Source: Gloeobacterales cyanobacterium
GTDB lineage: Bacteria; Cyanobacteriota; Cyanobacteriia; Gloeobacterales; PMM-0068
Direction of reading: 5' to 3'
Assembly: GCA_038245785.1 (NCBI GenBank)
Contig: JBBRSB010000019.1
Location: 1 to 64,000 of the forward strand
DNA length: 64,000 nucleotides
Shown piece after piece: positions 8,476 to 19,507 of the stretch; position 1 is the first letter of the stretch; every line of letters starts with the position of its first letter. Below the pieces are notes generated by a model, which searched no databases, was not told the DNA's origin, and saw nothing but the letters and a program-made list of their open reading frames with translations. The translations under genes and the position numbers were made by a program.

Positions 8476-8925
8476 TTACTCCGTGGATATAGGCTCTTTT
8501 TGTTCTTTCAAAGCGGCTTGCAGGGTATGCCAAGACAGCGTGGCACACTTGACTCGTGCAGGAAACTCACGCACCCCAGAGAATACCGCTAGTTTTCCTT
8601 GCGCCGGAGCCGCTGGTTGACTGGGATCTCCGGTCAGCATGTCATGGAACTCCTCAAACAGCGTTTCCACTTCAGCCAAATTCTTCCCTTTCAAGGTTTC
8701 CGTCATTAGCGAGGCAGACGCTGTGGAAATCGCACAGCCGCCGCCCTGGAAGCTGATATTACGAATCACGTTCCCGTCCATTACTAAATAGATCGTCACC
8801 CTGTCTCCGCAGAGGGGATTATGCCCTTCTGCTTTATGGTCAGCCTCTTCAAGCGGGCCAAAATTACGAGGTCGCTTGTAGTGGTCGAGGATTACTTCTT
8901 GGTAAAGATCGCGCAGCTCCGACAT
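8476..8925 (-). CDS. sufU: SufU (NifU-family) sulfur-transfer protein
   Basis: LYQEVILDHYKRPRNFG, NPLCGD, GCAIS, RVKCATL. Confidence 0.93.
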   Translation of the reverse strand: MSELRDLYQEVILDHYKRPRNFGPLEEADHKAEGHNPLCGDRVTIYLVMDGNVIRNISFQGGGCAISTASASLMTETLKGKNLAEVETLFEEFHDMLTGDPSQPAAPAQGKLAVFSGVREFPARVKCATLSWHTLQAALKEQKEPISTE

Positions 8926-10184
8926 TAGCTAAATATCTCCTGGACTTTGCGGATAGAGGAAACGAGGGCATCAACTTCTTCTAGGGTGTTATAGAAGGCA
9001 AAAGAAGCACGGGCCGTGGCCGGGACTCCAAAGCGTTCCATAACGGGTTGGGCGCAGTGATGCCCTGCTCGGATCGCAATCCCTTCTCGGTCCAAAATCG
9101 TTCCGATGTCATGGGGATGGACCCCTTCAATCAAGAATGATAAAACACTGGCTTTGTTGCGTGCGGTCCCAATCAGTCGGATGCCAGGAATTTCAGAAAT
9201 TGCTTCTGTTGCATGGGTGAGCAGCTTATCTTCATAGGCAGCAATCTGGTCAAGGCCAATTTCTTGGACATAGTCGATAGCAGCACCCAGCGCAATCGCG
9301 CCTGCAATATTCGGCGTCCCAGCTTCAAAGCGAAAAGGCAGTACGTTATATTCTGTCTTCTCAAAAGAGACGGACAGAATCATATCGCCCCCTCCTTGAT
9401 AGGGAGGCATAGTTTCTAGAAACTCTTTCTTGCCATAGAGCACGCCAATGCCCGTTGGACCGAAGAGTTTGTGGCCAGAGAAGACATAAAAATCGCAGTC
9501 GAGAGACCGCACGTCCGTTTGAATGTGCGGTACGGCTTGAGCGCCATCCACCAGAACCGGAATCCCTCTTTGATGGGCCATTTCAATCATTTGCTCAATG
9601 GGGTTAATCGTCCCTAGAGCATTGGACAGATGGACGATACCCACCAGGCGCGTCCGCTCAGAAAGCAGCTTCTCGTACTCGTCTATAAGAATTTCGCCTT
9701 CATCATTAATCGGAATTACTTTGAGGATGGCTCCCTTCTCTGCACAGAGCATTTGCCAAGGAACAATATTGGAATGGTGTTCCATGGCCGAGATCAGAAT
9801 TTCATCTCCAACTTGGACATGCTGCCGTCCAAAGGTTTGAGCGACCAGGTTAATCCCTTCGGTTGTGCCACGCGTAAAGATAATTTCTTCGGAACTCTTG
9901 GCATTTAAGAAATGCTGTACTTTGTCACGAGCTTTTTCATAGGCATCGGTGGACTGCTGAGAGAGCAGATGCACGCCCCGATGAACATTAGAAAAATACT
10001 CACTGTACAGTTTGACTTCCGAGTCTATAACAGCCTGAGGTTTCTGACTGGTTGCTGCGTTATCCAAATAGACCAAAGGCTTGCCGTGAACCTTCTGTTT
10101 CAAAATCGGGAAGTCTTCTCGGAGGCGTACTACATCCAAGCTGGCCAAAGGACTAAGAACGGGGGGCGTAACAAGAGATTTCAT
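8925..10184 (-). CDS. sufS: Cysteine desulfurase SufS
   Basis: [34 protein letters not shown] at 10184 preferred. Confidence 0.96.
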   Translation of the reverse strand: MKSLVTPPVLSPLASLDVVRLREDFPILKQKVHGKPLVYLDNAATSQKPQAVIDSEVKLYSEYFSNVHRGVHLLSQQSTDAYEKARDKVQHFLNAKSSEEIIFTRGTTEGINLVAQTFGRQHVQVGDEILISAMEHHSNIVPWQMLCAEKGAILKVIPINDEGEILIDEYEKLLSERTRLVGIVHLSNALGTINPIEQMIEMAHQRGIPVLVDGAQAVPHIQTDVRSLDCDFYVFSGHKLFGPTGIGVLYGKKEFLETMPPYQGGGDMILSVSFEKTEYNVLPFRFEAGTPNIAGAIALGAAIDYVQEIGLDQIAAYEDKLLTHATEAISEIPGIRLIGTARNKASVLSFLIEGVHPHDIGTILDREGIAIRAGHHCAQPVMERFGVPATARASFAFYNTLEEVDALVSSIRKVQEIFS

Positions 10185-10195
10185 GAGTAAGTGCC

Positions 10196-11503
10196 TTATG
10201 ATGCAGGTAACCAATGGGTAAGGAGTTGTTCCAAATCATCGCGAACCGCACTGATTCGGATTTGTTCTAAAACATCGCTGGCAAAACCATAGGTCAGGAG
10301 ACGACGCGCTGCTATCTCATCTAGACCGCGAGAACGCAGATAGAAAATAGCCTCTTTGTCTAGCTGCCCTACAGTAGCTCCATGACTGCATTTAACATCG
10401 TCCGCAAAGATTTCTAACTGCGGATTGGTGTGAACCAGCGCTTCATCAGAGAGCAAAAGATTGCGATTGGCCTGTTGGGCATCCGTCTTCTGAGCGTTCG
10501 GGTGGACATAGACTTTGCCGCTGAAGACAGCTCGTGATTTGCCATCGAGCAGCCCTTTAAAAAGTTGATGACTCGTACCGTGGGGCTTGCGGTGATCAAC
10601 GTGGATGTGATGGTCTACCCGCTGATCGTCCTTCACTAAATACAAACCATTTAAGGTGCAATCAACGCCCTCTGCATCAAGGTCGGCATGGAGGTCTGTG
10701 CGAGCTAAAGCTCCACCTGCTGCCATCGATAGAGAAGAAAAGCGGCTGTTCCGGCCCAATTGGACCTGCATCGTAGCCATATGGAAAGCTTTAAGATGCT
10801 CCCGCTGGATTTTGTAATGGTCGAGAACGGCGTTCTCCTCTGCTACGATCTCCGTCACAGGACAGGTGAAATAACCTGCTTCTAAGCCGACATAGCTCTC
10901 GATAATCGTGGCTTGACTGTTAGCTTTAGCCACCACCAAATTGCGCGGGTAAGAGACTGTTGCTTGGTCTTTCACCGTTGAGACAAATAATAAGTGAATT
11001 GGCTTTTCGATCACCGCTCCCTGGGGCACATACACAAAAGCTCCATCTTCGATGAATGCCGTATTCAAGGCCTCAAAAGCATGGTCTTCAAAGAATGCCA
11101 TTTTTCCAAGATAGGGTTCGGTCAGGTCTGGATGCTCTTGTAGCGCTTCAGCCAAACTGCCCAAGCTGCAGCCTGCAGGTAAAGCTTCTACATGGGAAAG
11201 CTCCGGTGCCCAGTGACCATTCACAAAAACTAACTGATGGCATCCGTCATAAACAAAGGGCTGTATAGATTCAGCGGGAACCGACGAGACAGACGCCTGC
11301 TCAAAAGAGCTGTTTGCTAAGGCAGAGAGATCGGTATACTTCCACGCTTCCATCCGACGCGTCGGCAGTCCCAGCTCTTGAAAACGTTGGGCAGCTTGGC
11401 GGCGCAAAGTCTGGAGTGCAGCCGAATCCACCTTCAGGCGCTGTTGGCTGAACGCTTCAAAGGCTTGGAGGTAGTCCGCTTTTTTGGTAATCACTGGGGT
11501 CAT
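10196..11503 (-). CDS. sufD: Fe-S cluster assembly protein SufD
   Basis: [34 protein letters not shown]. Confidence 0.96.
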   Translation of the reverse strand: MTPVITKKADYLQAFEAFSQQRLKVDSAALQTLRRQAAQRFQELGLPTRRMEAWKYTDLSALANSSFEQASVSSVPAESIQPFVYDGCHQLVFVNGHWAPELSHVEALPAGCSLGSLAEALQEHPDLTEPYLGKMAFFEDHAFEALNTAFIEDGAFVYVPQGAVIEKPIHLLFVSTVKDQATVSYPRNLVVAKANSQATIIESYVGLEAGYFTCPVTEIVAEENAVLDHYKIQREHLKAFHMATMQVQLGRNSRFSSLSMAAGGALARTDLHADLDAEGVDCTLNGLYLVKDDQRVDHHIHVDHRKPHGTSHQLFKGLLDGKSRAVFSGKVYVHPNAQKTDAQQANRNLLLSDEALVHTNPQLEIFADDVKCSHGATVGQLDKEAIFYLRSRGLDEIAARRLLTYGFASDVLEQIRISAVRDDLEQLLTHWLPAS

Positions 11504-12252
11504 GCGCGTGCGGCCTCTTGCTCAAACTTGTATCCTGTTTTTTCCAATTCTAGAGCCAGCTCTTTGCCTCCAGAACGGACGATACGCCCGTCCACGAGGA
11601 CATGGATATAGTCTGGAACGATGTATTCCAAGAGCCGCTGATAGTGGGTAATGATCAGGAAAGACCGTTGTTCGTCCCGCATGTTGTTGATGTTGTCGGC
11701 GACTACCCTTAGCGCATCGATGTCCAATCCTGAGTCGGTTTCATCCAGAATCGCCAGCTTTGGTTCTAGAACGGAAAGATGAAAGACTTCATTGCGTTTT
11801 TTCTCACCGCCAGAAAATCCTTCATTGACCGGGCGATGGAGCATCGCTTCATCCAGATTCACCTTCTTGATCTTGTCCTTGACCAAGAGCAGGAAATCCA
11901 TAGCGTCCATTTCTGGTTCGCCGTGGTGCTTACGCTTGGCATTCAGGGCTGCTTTCAAGAAATAGATATTGCTCACCCCTGGAATCTCCACGGGGTACTG
12001 GAAATTCAAAAGCAGTCCTTCGCGGGCTCGTTCTTCAGGAAGCATTTCCAAGAGGTTTTTGCCTTCGTAGAGTACTTCTCCCTCTGTCACGCTATAGAGA
12101 TCCCGCCCAGAGAGGACGCCCGCGAGGGTACTTTTCCCAGAACCGTTCGGTCCCATAATCGCGTGGACTTCACCGGGATTGATTGTTAAATCGATCCCTT
12201 TTAGGATCTCCCGGTCCTCAACAGTCGCGTGTAGATTCTTAATTTCCAGCAT
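11500..12252 (-). CDS. sufC: Fe-S cluster assembly ATPase SufC
   Basis: GPNGSGKST, FSGGEKKRNE, LDETDSGLDID; ATG at 12252 preferred. Confidence 0.97.
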   Translation of the reverse strand: MLEIKNLHATVEDREILKGIDLTINPGEVHAIMGPNGSGKSTLAGVLSGRDLYSVTEGEVLYEGKNLLEMLPEERAREGLLLNFQYPVEIPGVSNIYFLKAALNAKRKHHGEPEMDAMDFLLLVKDKIKKVNLDEAMLHRPVNEGFSGGEKKRNEVFHLSVLEPKLAILDETDSGLDIDALRVVADNINNMRDEQRSFLIITHYQRLLEYIVPDYIHVLVDGRIVRSGGKELALELEKTGYKFEQEAARA

Positions 12253-12298
12253 TGCTTGCTCCAAAGATTTAGCCCTCATCCGGCTTATTTAAGACTGA

Positions 12299-13750
12299 TT
12301 AACCGACACTACCTTCCAGGCTCACACTCAGAAGTTTCTGCGCTTCCACCGCAAACTCCATCGGCAACTCGCGGAAGACGTCTTTACAGAAACCATTCAC
12401 AATCATCGATACCGCATCTTCGGTGGAAATGCCGCGTTGGTTGCAGTAGAAGATTTGGTCTTCTCCAATCTTGGAAGTGGAAGCCTCATGCTCCACCTGA
12501 GCGCTTGGATTTTGCACGTCGATATAAGGGAAGGTATGAGCCCCACAGAGATCGCCGATCAGGATTGAATCACACTGTGAATAGTTACGGGCTCCATCTG
12601 CCCCTGAAAGGATTTTGACGGCTCCTCGGTAGGTGCTCTGGGCATGTCCGGCAGAGATTCCTTTGGCCACGATCGTGCTGCGGGTGTTCTTGCCGATATG
12701 GATCATCTTGGTACCCGTATCTGCCTGCTGGTAGTTGGCAGTAACCGCTACGGAATAGAACTCACCAATGGAGTTATCCCCTTTCAAGATGCAGCTTGGA
12801 TATTTCCAGGTGATGGCAGAACCCGTTTCCACCTGAGTCCAGGAAATCTTGGAATTGCGGCCTTCGCATTTACCCCGCTTGGTCACGAAGTTGTAAATGC
12901 CGCCTTTGCCTTCTTTGTCGCCGGGATACCAGTTCTGAACAGTAGAATATTTGATCGTCGCATCATCATGGGCAATCAATTCGACTACGGCTGCGTGAAG
13001 CTGGTTCTCGTCCCGCATCGGAGCGGTGCAGCCTTCCAGGTAGCTCACATAGCTGCCTGCATCGGCAATGATCAAAGTCCGCTCAAATTGACCCGTGTTC
13101 TTGGCATTAATCCGGAAATAGGTGGAAAGCTCCATCGGGCAGCGCACACCTTTGGGGATGTAGACAAAGGATCCATCGCTGAAAACAGCAGAATTCAGGG
13201 CCGCGAAATAGTTGTCGTTGGTAGGAACTACCGTACCCAGATATTTGCGGATCAGCTCAGGATGTTCCTGTGCCGCTTCTGAGAACGAGCAGAAGATAAT
13301 GCCCATCTCGTTGAGCTTGGCTTTGAAGGTCGTAGCCACCGACACGCTATCGAACACAGCGTCCACTGCTACGACCCCAGCCAGCATTTCCTGCTCTTGA
13401 ATCGGAATCCCCAGCTTCTTATAGGTCTCAAGGATCTCAGGATCAATCTCATCCAAGCTCTTGGGCGAATCACCCTTCGCTTTCGGCGCAGAGTAGTAGA
13501 TCACGTCTTGATAGTTTATTGGCGGATAGTGGACGTTCTGCCACTTGGGTTCTTCCATCGTCAACCAGTGACGATAGGCTTTCAGCCGCCATTCCAGCAA
13601 AAAATCAGGCTCATTTTTTTTCGCCGAAATCAAACGAATCACGTCTTCATTCAATCCCGGTGGAACCGATTCCGCTTCTACGTCAGTGATAAAACCGAAT
13701 TCGTACTCGCGGTTAGCAAGTTCTTCAACGGTACGGGTGGGCGTTGACAT
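12299..13750 (-). CDS. sufB: Fe-S cluster assembly protein SufB
   Basis: [37 protein letters not shown]...LEGSVG. Confidence 0.98.
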   Translation of the reverse strand: MSTPTRTVEELANREYEFGFITDVEAESVPPGLNEDVIRLISAKKNEPDFLLEWRLKAYRHWLTMEEPKWQNVHYPPINYQDVIYYSAPKAKGDSPKSLDEIDPEILETYKKLGIPIQEQEMLAGVVAVDAVFDSVSVATTFKAKLNEMGIIFCSFSEAAQEHPELIRKYLGTVVPTNDNYFAALNSAVFSDGSFVYIPKGVRCPMELSTYFRINAKNTGQFERTLIIADAGSYVSYLEGCTAPMRDENQLHAAVVELIAHDDATIKYSTVQNWYPGDKEGKGGIYNFVTKRGKCEGRNSKISWTQVETGSAITWKYPSCILKGDNSIGEFYSVAVTANYQQADTGTKMIHIGKNTRSTIVAKGISAGHAQSTYRGAVKILSGADGARNYSQCDSILIGDLCGAHTFPYIDVQNPSAQVEHEASTSKIGEDQIFYCNQRGISTEDAVSMIVNGFCKDVFRELPMEFAVEAQKLLSVSLEGSVG

Positions 13751-13758
13751 ATCTTCCC

Positions 13759-14223
13759 CTATGAAACGAGGTGCAAGGAGGTTTCTGCAATGTTCGAACT
13801 GGGCGTATGGCTAGGGCTCATCGGACCTAACATCTGAGCTAAGGTAACGCGAGAGAGGGCTTGATGGACGGCTTGATTGATCAACTGCCAAGGATCTTGC
13901 AAAGGGCAAAAGCTCTCCATGGAACATGAACTCGAACTCCCCTCTGCGCACTCGGTGAGTGCAATCGGTCCCTCAACAGCCTGGATAATCTCCGCGACAG
14001 AGATAGTCTTTGGAGGACGCGCCAAGGTATAGCCCCCTTTGACTCCACGATGAGCGTTGAGCAGTTCCCCCCGCGCTAACAGCTTCAAAACCTTACTGAC
14101 AATCGGTAAAGGTAGTTGAGTCTGAGTAGCCAGTTCGGGAGCGGTATACAGCTTGTCCGGATTCCTAGACAGATGAGTCATGAGTACAATCCCATAATCA
14201 GCCTGTTTTGTTATCCGAATCAT
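13759..14223 (-). CDS. Rrf2-family SUF-system transcriptional regulator (IscR-like)
   Basis: Rrf2 wHTH ([13 protein letters not shown]) with C-X7-C-X5-C; first gene of the suf operon. Confidence 0.92.
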   Translation of the reverse strand: MIRITKQADYGIVLMTHLSRNPDKLYTAPELATQTQLPLPIVSKVLKLLARGELLNAHRGVKGGYTLARPPKTISVAEIIQAVEGPIALTECAEGSSSSCSMESFCPLQDPWQLINQAVHQALSRVTLAQMLGPMSPSHTPSSNIAETSLHLVS

Positions 14224-14243
14224 TGCCAGCGCCCCTTCTGCAA

Positions 14244-14264
14244 ACAGTACCTTTTTAGTACTGT
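14244..14264 (-). promoter_or_regulatory. Palindromic operator for the Rrf2/suf operon
   Basis: ACAGTAC-N7-GTACTGT perfect inverted repeat between a minus-strand TATGAT (-10-like) and the ATG. Confidence 0.65.
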
Positions 14265-14401
14265 ATTGATCATAACGCGGTTTTGCACTTCGTTACCTAG
14301 ATTTAAATTCTGAATTTCTAGCTTCACTTTGATAGAAGGGAAGATCCGCTCCAATCCTTATGTCACTGAGCAACAGAGAGGAAAATAACTTCTCCGACCT
14401 G

Positions 14402-15628
14402 CTACTCTCCCTCTTCCCGTTTTGCAGGAGAGAAAGTAGGAAAGTGAGGGGCATTCTCTAAGCTCTTAGGCTTGAGCAGAAATTTATAGTACCAGTAAGC
14501 CATCCCTTCTTTGAGCGGAAAGAGGATGTAGGTCAGCGGATTGATCGTGACAATAATGTTTCGGATATCGCGACGGGCTAAATTCACCACCATTTTGGCG
14601 ACCCAAGTTGGGGACATCACGCCAATCGGATTGAGCTTGCTCTTAAAAGGACCAAGGACAATTTTACGAATCACACAGGGGGCGTCTATACGCTTGAGCG
14701 TGACTAGATCTCCAAGCGCACGTTTGGACAGCTCATACAGAGGGCTAAAGGCTGGCGATACTTCAGCCTCTGAGGTGTTTATCCAAATCTCTTTGGTGGC
14801 GCGTGCTCTAGAAGTGGTCACAGTGGACAGGAAGAGTTCCATCAGCTTGATTACGGAGAAAGTATTGACAGCATAAGCCGCTTCGATATCTTTCCAATCC
14901 GAGGATCCATGGCAATTGAGGCCGTGATTGCAGACCAGAATATCCACGCCTTTCAATAGTTCAGCAAGCGCCTGTTCTTCGCCGATGCTCCAGTGCATCA
15001 CCTGAATCCCCTCTGGCGCAGTCCAGTCGCTGGAGGTGAGGGCAATCACTTTTGCTTTGCGCTTGAGGAGTTCTTGCATCAGAGCCTGTCCCAAGGCTCC
15101 AGAGGCTCCGGTAACGGCAATAGTTTTACCTTTCAAAGAAATAGAAGTTCCCATGACCCGGTCCACAAGCGAGAAAACGCCAGAGTAATAGGCATTGCCA
15201 TCATCAAAATGATGACGCCAGTGATAGGTGCGGTTGACCAACCAAGGGCTCGGTGGAGTCGTGAGGGGACCGGACTTATGATTGAGATCGGTGCTCTTAA
15301 GCAGGTCATTGGCTCTGGCAAGACCGCTCAACCAGAAAGAAGTGGAGTAGGCGACCCCTAGCCAAGCACCAGGGGCCTGAGTCAGAAAAACGAAAACTAG
15401 AGAGAATATTACGAGAACGGTTGCTTCTGGAACATCTCCATACCAATGGGCTTTGCGGTATAGCTCAGGAGACAGGACTTCCAGATTAGTGTTGTAGACC
15501 TTGTGGTGAATGGCGTGGATGCGGGTCAGGGGACCCCACACATGGGCCAGCACATGGTAGCTATCCCGCACTACTTCGGCAAGAAGTACAGAACCGAAAG
15601 CTAATAATCCCTGCGTAATCCAGTCCAT
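14402..15628 (-). CDS. Bifunctional sterol desaturase / short-chain dehydrogenase
   Basis: His boxes (YHVLAH, HAIHH, YHWRHH) fused to an SDR domain (VTGASGALG, YELSKR); cyanobacterial family. Confidence 0.92.
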   Translation of the reverse strand: MDWITQGLLAFGSVLLAEVVRDSYHVLAHVWGPLTRIHAIHHKVYNTNLEVLSPELYRKAHWYGDVPEATVLVIFSLVFVFLTQAPGAWLGVAYSTSFWLSGLARANDLLKSTDLNHKSGPLTTPPSPWLVNRTYHWRHHFDDGNAYYSGVFSLVDRVMGTSISLKGKTIAVTGASGALGQALMQELLKRKAKVIALTSSDWTAPEGIQVMHWSIGEEQALAELLKGVDILVCNHGLNCHGSSDWKDIEAAYAVNTFSVIKLMELFLSTVTTSRARATKEIWINTSEAEVSPAFSPLYELSKRALGDLVTLKRIDAPCVIRKIVLGPFKSKLNPIGVMSPTWVAKMVVNLARRDIRNIIVTINPLTYILFPLKEGMAYWYYKFLLKPKSLENAPHFPTFSPAKREEGE

Positions 15629-15722
15629 TTTCTATCTTTCTGATTTCAGGTAAGAAATAGGTTTCCAAATAATATGTTACAAAGCTTTATGATGGACAAG
15701 CTACCTGTAGGCTTCTACTACT

Positions 15723-17399
15723 ATGCTACGCCTTGAACGAGTTTCTAAAATCTATGCCACAGGAGAAGTCCTCAAGGATGTTTCTTGGGAAGTCCGCGCG
15801 GGAGAAAAAGTCGGTTTAGTGGGCGTGAATGGGGCTGGCAAGTCCACACAGCTCAAAATTATTCTGGGTGAGGAAGAGCCTACCAGCGGTAAAGTTGCTC
15901 GTCCTCATAGTTTGAGGGTTGCCTATCTAGCCCAAGAATTTATCGCAACGCCAGGCCGGACGGTGAAGCAGGAACTATGGACAGCCTTCGAGGAGGCTCT
16001 AACAGTTCTCAACAAACTGGAGCGCGTCAAACAGGAGCTAGAGGCTGGCCCCACGGATGCCAAGAAACTCGAAAAACTGCTCAAGGATTTAGACACCTAC
16101 CAGCGACGTTTTGAAGCCTTAGACGGTTATGCCCTCGATAGCCGCATTGAAAAATTGATGCCAGACTTGGGCTTCGAGCCAAGTGATACGCAGCGGGACG
16201 TGACGGAATTTAGTGGTGGTTGGCAGATGCGTATGGGGTTGGGTAAAATCTTGCTCTCTGACCCAGACATACTGCTCTTAGACGAACCGACCAATCACCT
16301 TGACTTAGAAACAATTGAGTGGCTAGAAGACTATCTCAAAGCCTGTAAACCTGCCGTTGTCGTTATTTCCCATGACCGGAGATTTCTCGATAAGCTTGTC
16401 AACAAAGTCATCGAAACAGAGCGTGGGGTCGCCAGTACCTATTTGGGCAATTACTCGACCTACCTTGCGGAAAAAGAACGCCGCAAAGAATCTCAGATGT
16501 CTGCCTTTGAACGCCAGCAAAAAGAGCTAGAAAAACAGGAACGCTTTATTGAGCGATTCCGGGCCAGTGCTACTCGTAGTACCCAAGCTAAAAGTAGAGA
16601 AAAGCAGTTAGATAAGAAAGAAAGAATCGAAGCGCCTGTCTCGGATGTGCGGGGCTTAAAATTCCGTTTTCCTCCCGCTGCTCGCAGCTCGAATCAAGTG
16701 GTCAAAGTAGCCGATCTCACCTTGGAATTTAACGAGAATCCACTATTTATTGGTGCAGAACTGATCGTTGAACGAGGGGACCGGATTGCTTTGTTAGGGC
16801 CTAATGGCTGCGGCAAATCGACGTTCTTGCGATTTATGGTAGGAACACAAAAAGCTCTGGAAGGGGAGGTGAGCTTTGGCCATAATGTCCAGCTTGGGTA
16901 TTTCGCCCAGCATCAGGCTGAAGCCTTACCTTTAGACCGTTCCGTACTAGAAACCTTGAGAGATTCTGCCCCCAATGCTCCCGATGGAGAACTCCGAGGA
17001 TTGGCGGGGCGGTTTTTATTCACAGGCGATGGTGTTTTTAAGAAAGTCCGCGCGCTTAGCGGCGGAGAGAAATCCCGTCTTGCTTTGGCGCGCTTGTTGC
17101 TAGAACCAGCAAACTTTCTGCTGCTTGATGAGCCTACTAATCATCTAGATATCCCTGCCAAGGAAACCCTAGAAGAGGCACTGTGCAACTATGAAGGAAC
17201 TGCCGTCATTGTCTCCCACGACCGCTATTTCATCCAGCGTGTCGCTAATAAGATTGTGGAGATTGTAAATGGAGAATTTGTTGTTTATCTGGGTGGTTAT
17301 GATTACTACCTAGAGAAAAAAGCAAATCAAAAAGAGTCTTCTAACACCTTTGCTTTAGAGCTAGCCTATCAGAAGGACCAAGAAGTAGCAGGTCGTTGA
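15723..17399 (+). CDS. ABC-F family ATP-binding protein
   Basis: Two ABC domains (GVNGAGKST, FSGGWQMR; GPNGCGKST, LSGGEKSR); no TM segments. Confidence 0.95.
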   Translation: MLRLERVSKIYATGEVLKDVSWEVRAGEKVGLVGVNGAGKSTQLKIILGEEEPTSGKVARPHSLRVAYLAQEFIATPGRTVKQELWTAFEEALTVLNKLERVKQELEAGPTDAKKLEKLLKDLDTYQRRFEALDGYALDSRIEKLMPDLGFEPSDTQRDVTEFSGGWQMRMGLGKILLSDPDILLLDEPTNHLDLETIEWLEDYLKACKPAVVVISHDRRFLDKLVNKVIETERGVASTYLGNYSTYLAEKERRKESQMSAFERQQKELEKQERFIERFRASATRSTQAKSREKQLDKKERIEAPVSDVRGLKFRFPPAARSSNQVVKVADLTLEFNENPLFIGAELIVERGDRIALLGPNGCGKSTFLRFMVGTQKALEGEVSFGHNVQLGYFAQHQAEALPLDRSVLETLRDSAPNAPDGELRGLAGRFLFTGDGVFKKVRALSGGEKSRLALARLLLEPANFLLLDEPTNHLDIPAKETLEEALCNYEGTAVIVSHDRYFIQRVANKIVEIVNGEFVVYLGGYDYYLEKKANQKESSNTFALELAYQKDQEVAGR

Positions 17400-17409
17400 T
17401 CTGCTGGAA

Positions 17410-17486
17410 AGATCCCCCCAAGCGTCAAAGACCTTCAATCGTAAAACACTCTTGCTCCCCTTAGTAAGGGGGGAGCGGGGGGATCT
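17410..17486. repeat. 77-bp dispersed element (MITE/REP-like), copy A
   Basis: 10-bp terminal inverted repeats agatcccccc/ggggggatct and an internal hairpin; second copy at 63052-63128. Confidence 0.65.
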
Positions 17487-19151
17487 CTAGAAAGTAAATA
17501 CTAGCCGCAAGGTGCCCACGGTGATATTAGGATTGCCCGCAATGTTGTTGGGTTGGCTAATGACTTGAATATCGGGCGTTAAGAAGATTCGGTCGTTCAC
17601 TTTAATGTTGTAGTACACTTCATAGTCTGTTTCCGTTCCATTCGCTGCGATCGGACCACTCGTGACTTTGTTGGGTTGACCTACAGCAATCCCTAAAGTG
17701 TTACCGGGTGCGAATAAGTCAGGGAAAGCAAGCCCCACTTGCCAAGTAGATAAAGTGTAATTTCCATTTGGAACAGATGTAAGACCAACAAAACCAGTGT
17801 TGTAGTTCTTGGTTGTGCCTGTCCCATAACGCCCGAAAATAGCCATGTTAGGCGTAATCGCCCACTCTGCATTCACCCCAAAAACGTCTGTTTTCTGGGT
17901 GCCTGTAATTCCAAGGGGGCTGGGGAACGTGTTGGTTGTATAACTGCTGTACTGAAGTTTAATCTTCGAAGTCTGGGAAGGGCGGAACTCAAATTCAGCA
18001 GAACCAATAGTATCAGAACCTGTCAAGCCGCCTTGCCCAGATCCATTAGAACGACCGCCATCCCCAGCGAGATAAACTGCACGCAAACTAAACTGCTCAC
18101 CAATCTTCCAATCAAATCCTGCCCCAGGACCACCAACAACATAGGTAATTAACGGATTATCTATCATGAAACCACTGGAGAAATCCACTTCTTCGTTGCT
18201 AGCAAAGGAGTTGGTATCGATGATCTCACTCAGTTCGAGACGAGGACCAACGAAAATCCGGAAGTCGTCACTAAATAAGGGGGTAGTATAGCGAATTTTG
18301 TCGAAATTAACTGTTGCATTGCCATTAGTTGCTACCCCTAGGGTAGAACCATCGAAAGAAGCAACAGCACCTCCTGCATAAAATAAGCTGCCATTGTTAC
18401 TGGCAATGCTAGGGAAAGTACCAGAGATATCTTGGCCCGTTACTCCGCGCAGACGAATTAATAATTCATCCTTGCCTGTAAAGCTAGCCCGTAGGTTCAA
18501 AGTGGTACGACCCAAGAAGGTTGTATTGGCTGCACTCCCGCTCACAATCCCTGTGGGGATACCCAAGGCTGGAGCTGAAGAGATAAAGGTATTACCTGCA
18601 GCACTACCCCCCTGTACTCCCATGACCACAGAACCATCCAGTTTGGAAGTGGTGGAGATTTGCTGATTTTCTAATTCTTTGGTCTTAGCTTCTAACGTAT
18701 CAATACGATCACGAAGAGTCGTCAATTCAACTTTGAATTCTTCTTGCAAACGCTGAATCGCGGCCAGATCCTCTTTGGTTGCCAATGGATCGGTAGCAGA
18801 TGCAAGTACTTCGTTGACCTTATTTAAACAAGCATTTAAGCCTACGGCAAATTCATAACGGGTTAGAATCCGATTACCTAAGTATTTCTTGCTGGGATAA
18901 CCTTCGATACAACCGTAGCGCTCTATCAAAGATTTCAGGGCTTGGAAAGCCCACTGGTTGGGATCTACATCGCTAAGTTCGGCAACAGTATTGATATGAG
19001 AAACAGGCCCAAGGTCTAAATCCTTAGCGTACCGCTCCATCGTGGCAGTGTCATCTTGCGCAAAAGCACTGGAAGCCAGTGAAAAGCTAATCGTCCCCGC
19101 CAAGGCCCCCATTAGGGTGCGTGTTTTTATCTGTAAACCCCTCACGTGCAT
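17487..19151 (-). CDS. SLH-domain OprB-type (cyanobacterial) porin
   Basis: Signal peptide, SLH (DVDPNQWAFQALKSLIERYGCIEGYP), coiled coil, beta-barrel ending TVGTLRLVFTF. Confidence 0.95.
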   Translation of the reverse strand: MHVRGLQIKTRTLMGALAGTISFSLASSAFAQDDTATMERYAKDLDLGPVSHINTVAELSDVDPNQWAFQALKSLIERYGCIEGYPSKKYLGNRILTRYEFAVGLNACLNKVNEVLASATDPLATKEDLAAIQRLQEEFKVELTTLRDRIDTLEAKTKELENQQISTTSKLDGSVVMGVQGGSAAGNTFISSAPALGIPTGIVSGSAANTTFLGRTTLNLRASFTGKDELLIRLRGVTGQDISGTFPSIASNNGSLFYAGGAVASFDGSTLGVATNGNATVNFDKIRYTTPLFSDDFRIFVGPRLELSEIIDTNSFASNEEVDFSSGFMIDNPLITYVVGGPGAGFDWKIGEQFSLRAVYLAGDGGRSNGSGQGGLTGSDTIGSAEFEFRPSQTSKIKLQYSSYTTNTFPSPLGITGTQKTDVFGVNAEWAITPNMAIFGRYGTGTTKNYNTGFVGLTSVPNGNYTLSTWQVGLAFPDLFAPGNTLGIAVGQPNKVTSGPIAANGTETDYEVYYNIKVNDRIFLTPDIQVISQPNNIAGNPNITVGTLRLVFTF

Positions 19152-19507
19152 CTCCGAAACGATTAATCCGCCTGTGGGGTGAAATCTGCGTCTCCTTAGT
19201 AAAACGCAGGACAGCTCCGGTTGATAACCGTGCCCCCACGTAAAACGAATAGTTTACATATCAGTAAGTACCGGGAGAAGACTCCGAGCTGGACCCCTTG
19301 CAACAGCATCAGCTTATTGAGAATAAGAGCTGGTGGGTCTGCAGGGAAACGCAAGCAGATAGAAACCACAGAAATAAAACGTAAAGAATAGAATCCTGCA
19401 TTCTATACAGACGGTTCTAGGTGCAATTGCTAACTTTTATAGACCCGATGCTACATTAGATACGTGATACTGTGAGCTTTCTTGCTTTTTAGCATAAGTT
19501 TAAGTTT

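Noticed and set aside
12644..13282. Long antisense ORFs (also 31864-32364, 26401-26868, 11779-12189, 55879-56265 and others)
   Set aside because: They are shadows of conserved genes on the opposite strand, with no motifs or RBS
19174..19380. Assignment as a cobalamin, Moco or guanidine-I riboswitch
   Set aside because: Only scattered short resemblances (CCGGAGCTGTCC, ACTCCGAGC, CCGGGAG); the conserved cores are missing or out of order, so it is kept as an unassigned candidate
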